DNA of 64,000 bases from Octopus vulgaris (taxonomy: Eukaryota), in the NCBI GenBank assembly GCA_951406725.2, contig OX597826.1, positions 23,436,001 to 23,500,000 of the forward strand, in the 5' to 3' direction. Positions 40,263-53,319 of the stretch are shown one piece after another (within the stretch, counting starts at the first letter, position 1; every line of letters starts with the position of its first letter). Below the pieces are notes generated by a model that worked only from the letters and a program-made list of their open reading frames with translations, made no database searches and was not told where the DNA came from. The translations under genes and the position numbers were made by a program.

Positions 40263-41668
40263 GTGACTTACAGTTTCAATATCGTTGACTGGTCAATTAC
40301 TGAAATATGTAATCTTGACAGAAAAATATGAAAACTGTTGACAATGCATAGAATGCACCACTCTAAGGCAGATATAGAACGACTTTATCTGCCAAGAAAA
40401 GAGGGAGGCCGTGGACTTCTACAACTGGCAATAACAATGAAGATTGCTACAATTGGCCTAGACACCTACCTGAAAAACTCTGAGGACTGGATGTTAAAAC
40501 TTGTCTCAAAACATGAAAACAAAAAAGTGTCATACTCAGTAACAAAACAGGCAAAGGAATATCTAAGTGAATTCCGAATGCAACAAATTTCGGAATTAGA
40601 CATACAAGAAACAAGTACAGAAAAAGCTAGGTGCATGAAAACCCGTGCTAAAACTGCTGCCTTAGATATTCTGAATGATAAATGGCAAGAAAAACCTCTC
40701 TATGGCAAATACCCAAAGAGAGCGAGTAATGCAGATGTTGACAAAGCCCTGACACATCAATGGTTAATGGCCTCTGGCCTAAAATCTGAAACAAAAGGGT
40801 TTATCATAGCAGCTCAAGATCAATGCCTACCAACAAGGAACTACCAGGCCAACATATTAAAGAACGGCAGTAGCCCAACATGTGTATGTCAACAACAAAA
40901 TGAAACCATTGATCATGTTGTCTCCAAGTGCAGTCTTCTAGTGCCTACAGAGTATCTCAACAGGCATGATAGAGCTGCACAATATATTCACTGGGTAATC
41001 TGCAAAAACCTGGATCTGCCCCGTGGAAAAAACTGGTGGGAACACAAACCACCTCCAGTGCTTGAAAATGACCACATCTCACTCCTCTGGAACTTCCCCA
41101 TTCAAACTGACAGAAAGATAGATGCAAATAGGCCAGACATCATATTGAAAAACTTCAAACAAAGAACATGCCTCCTCACTGATATGACTGTCCCAATCGA
41201 TATAAACGTATCTGTCAAGACCTACCAAAAACTGAGCAAATATAAAGGTCTTGAAATAGAAATCAGCAAAATGTGGAAGCTGAAGACTAAAACAATACCT
41301 GTTGTCATAGGTGCCCTGGGAATGATAGCAAAAGGGGCTGATCACTACCTAACTCAGATACCAGGAAACCCCAAAATGGCAGTAATTCAAAAGATAGTGC
41401 TCATGGGAACTGCTCATATCCTACACAAAATACTTTCTATGTAACCTCAAGTTTTAAAACAAACATAACTTTCGTTTTTTTTCTTTTCTTTCTTTCTTTT
41501 TTTTTCTTTTTTTTTTAGGCATTCACTAGTACAACACTAAATACAAAACCAAATATATGGCACACTAGGCATAACAACAATACAAACTTCCAACCTGTTG
41601 CCTCTTGAGGTCTCTGGGTGAGACCTGGAGCCAACGTGTACAAATATAAAGCAAAAGTCAAACATAAA
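40262..41668 (+). mobile_element. Dong-type subfamily A, 5'-truncated
   Basis: 368-aa ORF 40338-41444 (post-RT region, knuckle, RLE); (TAA)n at both ends. Confidence 0.9.
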
Positions 41669-41677
41669 ATAATAATG

Positions 41678-41737
<60 letters not shown>

Positions 41738-41739
<2 letters not shown>

Positions 41740-44700
41740 TAAAACCTGATTTTACTGAGTTAAATGAAATTATTTACGCTTCTGCTAGGGCAATTGAAAC
41801 CAGCTGTATGCCCCCGAAAAACAAAGAAAACAAAACCTGGGAAGAAATCAAACCTGGAGAAGTAAAATTGAAAAAGAGATTGAATTTATGAGAGGGGAAA
41901 TATCAATATTAAATGAACTAATATGTGGAAATGATGTAAGATCCAGAACAGGAAGAAAGATGAAGAGAAAATTTGGATCCTCACCAAGAGAAGAACTGAT
42001 ATCAATAAAAGAAACGCTGAAACAAAAAGTCCAAGCAAAAGCCCAAAGAATACGAAGATTTGAGAAGAGAAACAAGTTTTACAAGCAAAATAAGCTGTTC
42101 ACATCCAATGCCAAAAAATTCTACAGAGAAATAGGGAAGGAGAAAGTAGTTCAAAACTTTTGGAAAAGGATTTGGAGTGACAAGAAGACGTACAACATAA
42201 ATGCTGACTGGATTATACAAACTGAAGGATCCTACCAAAATTTACAACAACAAGCATGGGAAGACATCACAATAGCAAACCTAAGAAAGGCACTCACGAA
42301 GGCCCATAATTGGAAATCCCTCGGTAAAGATAGGGTGCCGAATTTCTGGCTCGCATCGCTCCCATGCGCACACGGTAAGCTAGTTCAGCTGCTCAATGGA
42401 ATTATGAGAGACCCAAAGAAAATACCTGAATGGTTAGCAAGTGGCATTACTTACCTACTCCCAAAAAATAACGAAACCAACCTTCCAAAAAACTATCGGC
42501 CTATAACCTGTCTATCCACCACGTATAAAATCCTAACATCTATCCTGGCGGAGAAAACATATGCATTCATGGAGAAGAACGATATTTTCCCCATTGAACA
42601 AAAAGGGTGCCGCCGAGGCTCTTACGGATGCAAAGATCAACTGCTAATCAATCGTATGATCCTTGAGAACTGTCACAACAAGTGCAGAAATCTCAGCACC
42701 GCATGGATTGACTATAAAAAGGCCTTCGACAGTATACCGCATCCATGGATCTTGAGATCGCTGGACATTTTCAAAATTTCCCCTGTGATTTCAAACTTCC
42801 TGAAGCACAATATGTCATTGTGGAATACGAATCTCCAATTATACCACTCTAATGGAGTACTTGCCTCAGAAAATATAAACATCAACTGTGGAATTTTTCA
42901 AGGTGACTCACTTTCACCTTTAATATTCTGCATAGCCCTAATACCCCTTACAAGTGAATTAAACAGAACAGGGTATGGGTATAAAATTGCCAATAAAAAA
43001 ATAAGCCATCTATTTTATATGGATGACTTAAAACTTTATGGTAAAGACAATAATGAACTTGAAGGCCTATTGCGCACCGTGAAAGCATTCAGCAATGACA
43101 TCGGGATGGAGTTTGGACTTGAGAAGTGTGCCAAGGCCACTTTCCAGAAAGGGAAAGTGAAGACCACAAATTCAGTCGTGTTAGACGTTGACACAGTCAT
43201 AAGAGAGCTTGAGCAAGAACAAACATACAAATATTTAGGGATAAATGAAGGCTCTGGTATTCAGCATGCAAGCATGAAAGAGAAAATCAGGAAGGAATGT
43301 TATAGGAGAGTTCGTGCAGTCCTGAAATCTGAACTAAATGCACGTAACAAGGTGTTAGCTATAAATTCCTTAGCAGTTCCAGTTGTTACTTATAGCTACA
43401 ATGTGTTGAACTGGAATATGAGTGAAGTAAAGAATATAGATAGGAAAGTATGCAAGCTGCTGAGTTGTAATAGGATGCACCACCCAAAGGCAGACGTAGA
43501 TCGCCTTTACCTTCCCAGAGCCCAAGGAGGTCGAGGCCTGATCCAATTTGAACTAGCTTACAAAACAACCACAATTGGACTGGCCAAATATCTCGAAATA
43601 TCGAATGACTGGATGCTAAAGCTCGTGGAAAATCACGAGAGACGAAAGAAGCTTCATTCTATCATAAAAGAAAGCAAAAAATTTGCTATTGATCTCGTGC
43701 AGGATACCCAAACTGAACAACCTGAGGGAAGTACGGCAACTATTGTTGCAAAGAAGGTGAAAATGATGGCAATGAAAAAAGCGCACGAGCAATTGGCTGA
43801 TAGGTGGGAGGAGAAACCTCTGCACGGCAAATATGTGACCCGCAGCAAACAAGCTGATGTTGACCAGAAGCAAACCCATCAGTGGCTATGGAGCTCAGGG
43901 CTAAAAGCAGAGAGCAAAGGTTTCATCCTGGCTGCTCAAGATCAAAGCCTATTAACTCGGAACTACCAGGCCAATGTGATGAAAAATGGAGCAGACCCAA
44001 AATGCCGATTCTGCAACGACATGATTGAAACAGTGGACCACCTAATCTCTGGATGTAAAGTCTTAGCACCAGTGGAGTATAAATTAAGACATGACAGAGT
44101 TGGCCAATATCTCCACTGGCTAATAAGTCGGCATTACAATATCAAAACTGCCGACAAGTGGTATAATCACCACCCTGAGGCTGTAACTGGAGGAGAAAAT
44201 GTAACCATTCTGTGGGACTTTCCAGTACATACAGACCGAACCATCAAGGCCAATAAACCAGATATTGTTGTGAAAGACCAAAACAATAAAGTTTGCTTAT
44301 TGATCGACATGAGCATCCCCTGTGATCATAATATCTCAGCGAAAGAGTTTGACAAGCTCAGAAAATATAAAGACCTACTCATTGAAATTGAGAAAATGTG
44401 GCATCTCAAGGCGGTTACAATACCAGTGATCATAGGAGCACTAGGAATGATTAAGAAGGGAACCGAAAATTATATGAGAATGATCCCTGGCTTACCATCC
44501 CTGCAAGAAGTGCAAAAGATTGTCTTAACTGGTACATCACACGTATTGAGAAGAGCATTGTCGATGAGAACTGTTGCTGCTCATGTATTTTAATTTAACT
44601 TAAAAAAAAAAAAAAAAAAATGAATGAACTACTGAGTTTGGTTTAATGGCCTACCAATGTATACTATGAGTTTCTTTGCCCTAGGAGTCGGGAAGACACT

Positions 44701-44745
44701 CGGCAAGAAATGATAGCAAATTTGAAAGAAGAAGAAAAAAAAAGT
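41738..44745 (+). mobile_element. Dong-type subfamily C, 5'-truncated, uninterrupted RT-RLE ORF
   Basis: 901-aa ORF 41888-44593 with YMDD, CRFC..H..C, RHD, KPDI, K..KY; flanked by (TAA)n. Confidence 0.92.
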
Positions 44746-44769
44746 AATAATAATAATAATAATAATAAT

Positions 44770-45120
44770 AAATGTGGCATCTCAAGGTGACTACAGTACC
44801 AGTGATTGTAGGATCTCTAGGAATGATAAAAAAAAAGTACTGAAACCTATTTGAAAATGATACCGGGCTTACCATCCCTACAGGAAGTGCAAAAAATCGT
44901 GTTAACTGGAACGACTCATGTACTATGAAGAGCATTATCATTGTGAAAACAACATCCATTCATGAATTTATTTATTTATTAATTTTTTAAATACATATTT
45001 TACCTGTGAATTTGCAGGTATAACCTGGGAATGCATACAATGAGCTTCTCTGCCCTAGGTGTATGAAAAACACTCAGCGAGAAATGAAAGAAAATTTGAA
45101 GAAAGAAGGAAAAAACAACA
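44770..45120 (+). mobile_element. Dong-type subfamily D 3' fragment
   Basis: MWHLKVTTVPVIVGSLGMIKK.. followed by a 3'UTR matching 9584-9750; (TAA)n tail. Confidence 0.8.
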
Positions 45121-45159
<39 letters not shown>

Positions 45160-45181
45160 GATACAAGCCAAGTTAACTTAC

Positions 45182-45313
45182 TTTGGATTGCACTGTTCAG
45201 TTTCTTCTTGTGATTTTTGCATGCTTCACAGCAGATTGCTCTATTGTAGTGTTCATAACATTGGTAACCAGGAAGGTTTTTACACTGTGAACTGTGATCT
45301 CCATATTCACATC
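45182..45313 (-). CDS. Host gene exon: PLAC-like module 2
   Basis: gttag|...A|gtaagt, 132 nt, phase 1-1. (G)CEYGDHSSQCKNLPGYQCYEHYNRAICCEACKNHKKKLNSAIQ. Confidence 0.9.
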
Positions 45314-45362
45314 CTAACTCAAAGAAAGAAACTCACTTAGGTATTATATGAATATCCCTGTG

Positions 45363-45396
<34 letters not shown>

Positions 45397-45659
45397 TTAC
45401 ATTTATTTAGTTATCTCTGTTCTGTCTGACTGAACAAATAGTTTTCTAGTTAAGACGCTGTATGATTTAAACAGTGCTTCCTCATATCAGCAGTACCTAA
45501 TGTGACATTTCCTTTGTGAAACAGGAGAGTGAGATTTGAGGAAGATTTGGTTGCTATTTCTAGCAGACTGAGTGACAACGTCTCCCTAGACATTACTGTC
45601 TCAAGTCTCAGGGCTCATAGAACCAGTTAACCAGTTTACATGGTCTATAAATAACCAAG

Positions 45660-45716
<57 letters not shown>

Positions 45717-46083
45717 ACGTGCACGTGTGTGTATACATGTATATATTTAGATATATACATGTATAATGCTTAGATATTGCTTAGATATTGGTGTGTGTAT
45801 GTGTCTGTATACATGTATATACTTATATACATACATGTATAATTCTTAGATATTGGTGTGTGTGTGTGTGTGTGTGCATGCATGCGTGTGTATGTGTGTG
45901 CATGTGTGTGTATACATGTATACACACACATGCACATATATACATGTATAATGCTTAGATATTACTTAGATATTGGTGTGTGTGTGTGTATGTCTGTATA
46001 CACGTATATACTTATATACATACATGTATAATTCTTAGATACTGCTTAGATATTGGTGTGTGTGTGTAGTTAATTCATCTTAC

Positions 46084-46237
46084 CTATTTCTGCTCTGTTT
46101 TTCATTTGATGACATTTTTCGCAACAAGATTTGTAATAATGTTCATAGGTGTAACATAAGTGGCTGCCAAAACGGTCAATGGCATCAGGACATAGTAACC
46201 CATTGATAAGAATTGGAGCATCAATCTCAGGACAGAC
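46084..46237 (-). CDS. Host gene exon: PLAC-like module 1
   Basis: ccgtag|...G|gtaaga, 154 nt, phase 0-1. VCPEIDAPILINGLLCPDAIDRFGSHLCYTYEHYYKSCCEKCHQMKNRAEI. Confidence 0.9.
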
Positions 46238-46599
46238 CTACGGAGGAATAGAACAAAGCAAAACAATATATACACAGAGGAATGTACATGCAAAATTTAT
46301 AATAACTAATGAAAATTCCACAGAATGAAAAAAATTAAGAGGACATATTGAAGAGAGAAAAAATGTTTTGTTTTTTGTAGCATCCATAGTTAAGCTTTCT
46401 TTATTCTTGATGTTTGTCTACATTCATTTCCTCACATCTCTCTGTTGGTGTTGCCTTTTTTCTCTCTTTATTATATCTTCTTGCTGTTCCTCTCTAATCC
46501 ATGCTTTATATCTGCGCATCCTTTCTTGGGCAGCTTGCAATTGTGTTTCTTGTGAATCCATAGTTTAGGCTAAATTAAACCTTATGAACAAATATTGAT

Positions 46600-47643
46600 T
46601 TTTTTAATCGAGCAAGCAATAAATAATTGCACTTATGCTGCCAATATCAACAGAGCATAGGGAGAGGGGTCCACAGTACAAAGGTGGTTTCAGAAATTCC
46701 ATAGTGGTGATGAGAGCCTTGAAGATGCAGAAGGTAGAGGATGGTCATGCAGTCTTGCCAATGAACAATTGAAAGCAATTGTTGAACAAAACCCACATCA
46801 AAGTGTCAGAGAAATGTCTCAGGCACTTGGTGTCAGTATTGCAACGGTCTCACACAATCAGCAGAAGATTGGTAAGGTGAAAAAGCTCGATAAACGGGTA
46901 CCGCATGAGCTCAATGAATATCAAAAAGTTCAGCATTTTGAAGTGTGCTCAGGGCTCTTTCTGTGAAACACAGATGATCCTTTTCTTCACTGAACAGTCA
47001 TTTGTGATGAAAAGTGAATCCTTTATGATAACTGTAAATGATAAGGTCAACAGCTTGATCGTGATGAGTCCCCCAAACATTTCCCAAAGCCGAAGTTGCA
47101 TCAGCAAAAGATTATGGTGACTGGCTGGTGGTCTGCAATTGGTGTTGTCCATTACTACTTTCTGGAAGCCAATCAGAGCATTATAGCAGAGGTTTACTGC
47201 AATCAACTCACTGAAATGTATGCTCACTTGAAAAAAATGAGATCTGCATTGGTGAATCGGCGTGGCCCAATTCTGCTCCATGATAATGCAAAACCACATG
47301 TTGCAAGAATGACACTGCAGAAACTCACAGACTTGGGATACGAGACTTTACCACATCCTCCATATTCTCCTGATCGTTCACCTACTGACTACCATTTTTA
47401 AAGCATTTAAACACATTTTTAATTGATAAAACTTTCAGGTAAAACCAGAGGTGGAATCAGCTTTCAAAGATTTCTTAGCATCAAAGCCAATAAATTTTTA
47501 TCAATGAGGCACAAATAATCTTGTTGATTGATGACAGAGATGCATAGATGTTCACAGCTCATGACTAATCAAAACATTTCTATTGCTAATTTTTTCAGAG
47601 TAAAATTATGTTTCTGAAATCGGCCATTATTTTCGGAACAACC

Positions 47644-47646
<3 letters not shown>
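46600..47646 (+). mobile_element. Mariner (Hsmar1/SETMAR-like) transposon relic
   Basis: Motifs QRWFQKF, (W)VPHEL, ICDEK, LLHDNA, HPPYSPD with many stops. Right TIR CGGCCATTATTTTCGGAACAACCTAA followed by TA; left end missing. Confidence 0.88.
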
Positions 47647-47694
<48 letters not shown>

Positions 47695-47948
47695 CAGGCA
47701 GTGGCTCTTGTGGCTTCTGTTCTTAACTGATTATCATGTACATGTTTTGTTTTGAAAGAAAAGATGGTCTACAACAAATATTCTCTTCAGTGCCACATAT
47801 TTGTTTGTCAGTTGTCTGACCTTAGTCAGTTGAGCATTTCCCTTAGTAGCTGACAATATGTGCACCTCTGATCATGAGCAGAAGTAATGGGGAAGCATCA
47901 TAGATATGTGCTAAGAGGAATTATTTGGGGTTTGAATAATTCACCTCT

Positions 47949-48485
47949 GGAAACATGGGTGTTTTGTTTGAATTCTTATTCAGGGACCTTTTGTGCAGGA
48001 TGGGCTACTTGACCCTAAAAAATTCTAACTGGGCCCCACCTGCAAGTAATGTGCTGTTTATCCTGATGTGAGATCAGCATGTCAAGTACATATAGTTGTG
48101 ATGCATGTGCCTGGTGTACCCTTATCAGGCAGGTAGTCATGATTGGCATATTGGGGTTTGTATATTTGTACCCCAGTGCCACTTTGATGGCATGTGCTGC
48201 TTTCACAGAAATATACAACATCAATTGTAATTGAGGCAAGTATTTAATTACAATAAATTATTGCAACTAACTATAGCTATTATTGAGTTTTAATTAGCCC
48301 CAGGTCAGCCTGGATCAAGCAGTTTAGTCCAGATCAGTCTGGATCAAGCAGGTTAGCTAGGATATTTAGGAGGGTACTTGGCATCTAAGGTTACTTATTG
48401 TAGCCTGATGTTAGGAATTTTTTACAATGGTCCAATCTGTTGTGCATAAATGAAATAACAATAATAATAATAATAATAATAATAA
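47949..48485. repeat. ~520-bp direct duplicate of 38270-38770
   Basis: Near-identical blocks from GGAAACATGGGTGTTTTG to AATGAAATAA. Confidence 0.9.
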
Positions 48486-48882
48486 TGATCCTTTCTACTA
48501 TAGGCACAAGGCCTGAAATACAGGGGAAGAGATTCAGTTGATTACATTGACCCCAGTATTCAACTGGTACATAATTTATTGACCCCAAAAGGATGAAATG
48601 TAAAGTTGACAAATAAAAACTGTAATAATTTGTTCCAAATTTTGGCACGAGGTGAGAAATTTTGGAAGAAGGGGTATGAATTTTATTGACCTCAAAAGGA
48701 CGAAAGGCAAAGCCAACATTGGGAGAATTTGAACTCAGAACGTAAACTCTTCGAGGTTGTCCCCTAGCATGGCTGCAGCCCAATGATCAGAATGAGCAAA
48801 AGATAAAAGAGGAATACAATTTTATGAGGTGGGGGGAACAAAATACAAAAAAAAAAAACCCAGGGTACAAAATGATACTTAC

Positions 48883-49299
48883 ATCTGAAACAAATTGAGG
48901 TTTGCCAGATTGATCAACATTGAAAGTTTGAGAATTTCTTTCATATCCTTGGTTATATGTAGGGTACTCTGGGTAGTAATTGGAATACGGTACCCTATTG
49001 TTGGGTACTCTAATAGGGTACCACCCTCCAGTGTTTATTACTTGTCTAGGGAACTGTGCTCTATTACTTGGTATCAGCCTTGGATATTGAAGTCTATTAT
49101 TTCGTACTCTGACAGGATACTGTCTTCCAGTGTTTGGTACTCGACTTGGGTATTGCCCTCTTGCAAGGGGTACTTGGCTAGGGTACTGTCCTGTATATGG
49201 TATCTGACCAGGGTACTGCCCCCCTGTGTGTGGTACCCGACTGGGATACTGCCCTCCAGTATGAGGTACTTGTCTGTGAATATTCCCAGTAATGAATGC
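48883..49299 (-). CDS. Host gene exon: 11-aa QYP tandem-repeat region
   Basis: ttttgtag|...GAT|gtaagt, 417 nt, phase 0-0, open frame. AFITGNIHR-QVPHTGGQYPS-RVPHTGGQYPG-QIPYTGQYPS-QVPLARGQYPS-RVPNTGRQYPV...KPQFVSD. Confidence 0.85.
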
Positions 49300-50205
49300 C
49301 TACAAAATAAAATATACAATTAGTGGATTTCAGATATGGACATTTTGGAATAAAATAGAATCAAGAGAGAACAAATGGAGAAAAATACTGAAAAAAAACA
49401 TTCAATAAATATCTTTGACACATTGTTTAGGAATTAACAGAATTCAGAACAGGTTTTTATCAGAGTATTAGTTTATAAATATATACACACACATATATAT
49501 ACATAAACCATTTTCTATTTTCTCTCCTTGTTTATTTCTGTGTTCTTTTCTGTCAAAGAGTATGGACTCGAAACGTAAAAGACCTTCTCACTTCTCGAGC
49601 GTTAAACTAATACATCTGTTTGTTGTTTACACACCTATCTTCATCTTTTGCTTTTTTTAAATTTCTCACTATATATGAGGTACAGGAGTGGCCGTGTGGT
49701 AAGTAGCTTGCTTACCAATCACATGGTTCTGAGTTCAGTCCCACTGCGTGGCACCTTGGGCAAGTGTCTTTTACTATAGCCTCAGGCCGACCAAAGCCTT
49801 GTGAGTGGGTTTGGTAGATGAAAACTGAAAGAAACCTGTCGTATATATGTATATATACATATGTGTGTGTATATGTTTGTGTATCTGTGTTTGTCCCCCC
49901 CAACATTGCTTGACAACCGATGCTGGTGTATTTATATCCCAGTAACTTAGCAGTTCGGCAAAAGAGACTAATAGAATAAGTACTAGGCTTATAAAGAATA
50001 AATCCTGGGGTCGATTTGCTCGACTAAAGGCAGTGCTCCAGCATCGCCGCAGTCAGATGACTGAATCAAATAAAAGAGTAAAAGAGTATATATACATATA
50101 CATATACACATATACACACACGTGTAAGTATACATGCACACACACACCATCATCATCATCGACAACACCAACATAAGAACCACACTTTAAATGCATATGT
50201 CTCAC

Positions 50206-50325
50206 CTTGTTTCTTCGGTTTGGCCAATAACCATATGTCCTTCGTGGGCTTTCGATTTTGGTCAGGATCCTGACACTGGGCACCGATCTCCTTGCATTTA
50301 CAGATGAGGATTTAGATGATTCTGT
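50206..50325 (-). CDS. Host gene exon: S/R-rich linker
   Basis: ttttgcag|...AAG|gtgaga, 120 nt, phase 0-0. TESSKSSSVNARRSVPSVRILTKIESPRRTYGYWPNRRNK. Confidence 0.72.
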
Positions 50326-50339
50326 CTGCAAAACCAAGA

Positions 50340-50725
50340 TATCATCATCATCATTATCATCACCATTTCTGTCATCATCACCATCATCATTATAATCATC
50401 ATTATCACCATCTTCATAATCATCATCATCATCATCATCATCATCACTATCATCATCATCGTCATCATCATCGCCATTTCTGTCATCATCATCAGCATCA
50501 TAACCATCATCATCATCACCACCATCACCATCACAATCATCACCATCACCATCACCATCACAATCATCACCATCACCATCATCATCATCATCATCATCAT
50601 CATCGCCATTTGTCATCAACATCATCATCATCATCATCGCCATTTTTCATCATCATCATCATCATCATCACCATCGTTGTCATGCCACATCAGCTCATCG
50701 TTGTCATTGTTATCATCATCATCGT
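50340..50725. repeat. (CAT/CAC)n trinucleotide microsatellite
   Basis: Direct inspection; source of the poly-D/H/M ORFs. Confidence 0.95.
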
Positions 50726-51459
50726 GAATTATGATTCTCAACACAAGTACTACTAACATAGGCCCCCAGGGCAGAAAGCTGTGTATGTAAATGTGTGTGT
50801 GTATGTATGTAGGTGTGTGTATGTATATGTAAACATGTGTATGTATGTATGTGTGTATGCATATGTGTGTGTATGTATGTTTTTATGTGTGTGTATGTGC
50901 GTATATGTATGTGTATGTATGTATATATGCTTATGTGTGTGTGTGTGTGTGTGTGGAGTGGGTTGATGGGGTGTATGACAATCAATTATATGAACCCTGG
51001 TATTTTACTGGTACTTTAGTTTATCAACTTTGTAAAGATGAAAGGAGGTGCAATGGCCCAGTGGTTAGGGCAGCAGACTCACGATCGGAGGATCGTGATT
51101 TCGATTCCCAGACCGGGCATTGTGTGTTTATTGAGCAAAAACACCTAAAGCTCCACAAGGCTCCAGCAGGGGGTGGTGGCGATCCCTGTTGTACTCTTTT
51201 GCCCCAACTTTCTCTCACTCTTTCTTCCTGTTTCTTGAGTAACACTATGATGGACTGCTATAGAAACCGGGAAAGTGGGCCCATGAGCCTGGCTAAGCTT
51301 GAAAAGGGCGCATAAATAAATAATAAAGATGAAAGGCAATGTTGACATCAGCAGGATTTGAACTCAGAAACTTTCTAAGTGCTGCTATAAATACAGCACA
51401 GCATTTTTCTTTTCCTGACAATCACCAACAACACCAAGAAGCATCTACCGACACCATTA

Positions 51460-52300
51460 CCATCTCCAACCACTACCACCACCACCACCACCACCACCAC
51501 CACCACCACCATTAATTTAACATCTTTCTAACACATCCCATCAGCAAATATCATACCACCACCACCACCATCCCCATTACTCCAACCACCACTACCATGA
51601 TGACGATGATGACAGCAATGATGATGATGGTAATGACAATGATGACAACGACCACTACCACCACCAATTTAATATCTCCAAAACATCCCACCAGCAAATA
51701 TCATACCACCACTACAACCATTACCACCACCACCACCACCACCACCACTACCTCCACCACCACCACCACCACCACCACCACCTCCACCACCACCATTAAT
51801 TTAACATCTTTCTAACACATCCCATCAGCAAATATCATACCACCACCACCACCATCCCCATTACTCCAACCACCACTACCATGATGACGATGATGACAGC
51901 AATGATGATGATGGTAATGACAATGATGACAACGACCACTACCACCACCAATTTAATATCTCCAAAACATCCCACCAGCAAATATCATACCACCACTACA
52001 ACCATTACCACCACCACCACCACCACCACCACCACCTCCACCACCACCATTAATTTAACATCTTTCTAACACATCCCATCAGCAAATATCATACCACCAC
52101 CACCACCATCCCCATTACTCCAACCACCACTACCATGATGACGATGATGACAGCAATGATGATGATGGTAATGACAATGATGACAACGACCACTACCACC
52201 ACCAATTTAATATCTCCAAAACATCCCACCAGCAAATATCATACCACCACTACAACCATTACCACCACCACCACCACCACCACCACCACCTCCACTACCA
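51460..52300. repeat. Tandem triplication of a ~250-285-bp (ACC)/(ATG)-rich unit
   Basis: CCATTAATTTAACATCTTTCTAACACATCCC recurs at ~51509, 51793 and 52047; units differ essentially only in (ACC)n length. Confidence 0.92.
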
Positions 52301-52759
52301 CCACCACCGCTACTACCATCACCACCATCACAACTACAACCACCACCCCAACCACTGCCATCCGCAACAACACTAATCAACTACCATTATACATTATCAC
52401 TGAACCTCCACCCCACCACCATCACCACCACCAAACGCAGCCAATAAATAGCAAGTAATACAAAGTGTATCATGGGATATCACCTACCTTTTAAATCAAA
52501 ACCATTTGAAAACTCATTACCAAGGCCATTTAGATAACAAAACAAAAACTAAGCAAAGAAGTAAAAAAAAAACAAAAAAAACAAAAAATTCTTTAATTAT
52601 GTTAGAGAGAAATATAGCACAGAACCATTAAATTTTGGCTTTCTTTCTTTCTTACCCTTATCCTACAACTAAATTTGTATCTTAAGGGTGGATGGGTGTT
52701 TCTGATTGTAGTTGTTTATGTTGCAATCATTATTGTTATTATTATTGTTGTTGTTGTTA

Positions 52760-52974
52760 AGGTGGTAAGCTTGCAGAATTATTAGCACTTTGAACAAAAT
52801 GCTTGGAAGTATTTCTTCTGACTCTTTAGGCTCTGGGTTCAAACTCCCCTAAGGCTGACTTTGCCTTTTGTCCTTTCTGAGTCGATAAAATAAGTACCAG
52901 TTGAATACTGGGATCAATGTAATCAACAAGCCCATTCTCCCAAAATTTCAGGCCTTGTGCCTATACTACAAAGA

Positions 52975-53008
<34 letters not shown>

Positions 53009-53263
53009 GTGGCGTTTTGTCTGTCTTTATGCTCCCCTCCCCTGTTAACCCTGTGCCAAAATTTGAAACCGTTATTATTCTGGGCAAAATGCTTAGTGGT
53101 ATTCAATCTGTCTTTACGTTCTGAGTTCAAATTCTGCCAATGTCAACTTTGCCTGTCATCCTTTCAGGAATCGATAAATTAAGTACCAGATGAGTACTAG
53201 GGTTGATCTAATCGACTGGCCCCCTCCCCAAAAATTTCGGGCCTTGTACCTACAGGAGAAAAG

Positions 53264-53319
<56 letters not shown>

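Noticed and set aside
46424-46561. Short minus-strand charged ORF MDSQETQLQAAQERMRRYK...
   Set aside because: No convincing splice sites, and the exon chain is complete without it; probably a transposon remnant.
50298-50756. Poly-D / poly-H / poly-M ORFs
   Set aside because: A (CAT)n tract upstream of a good splice acceptor; only 50206-50325 looks exonic.
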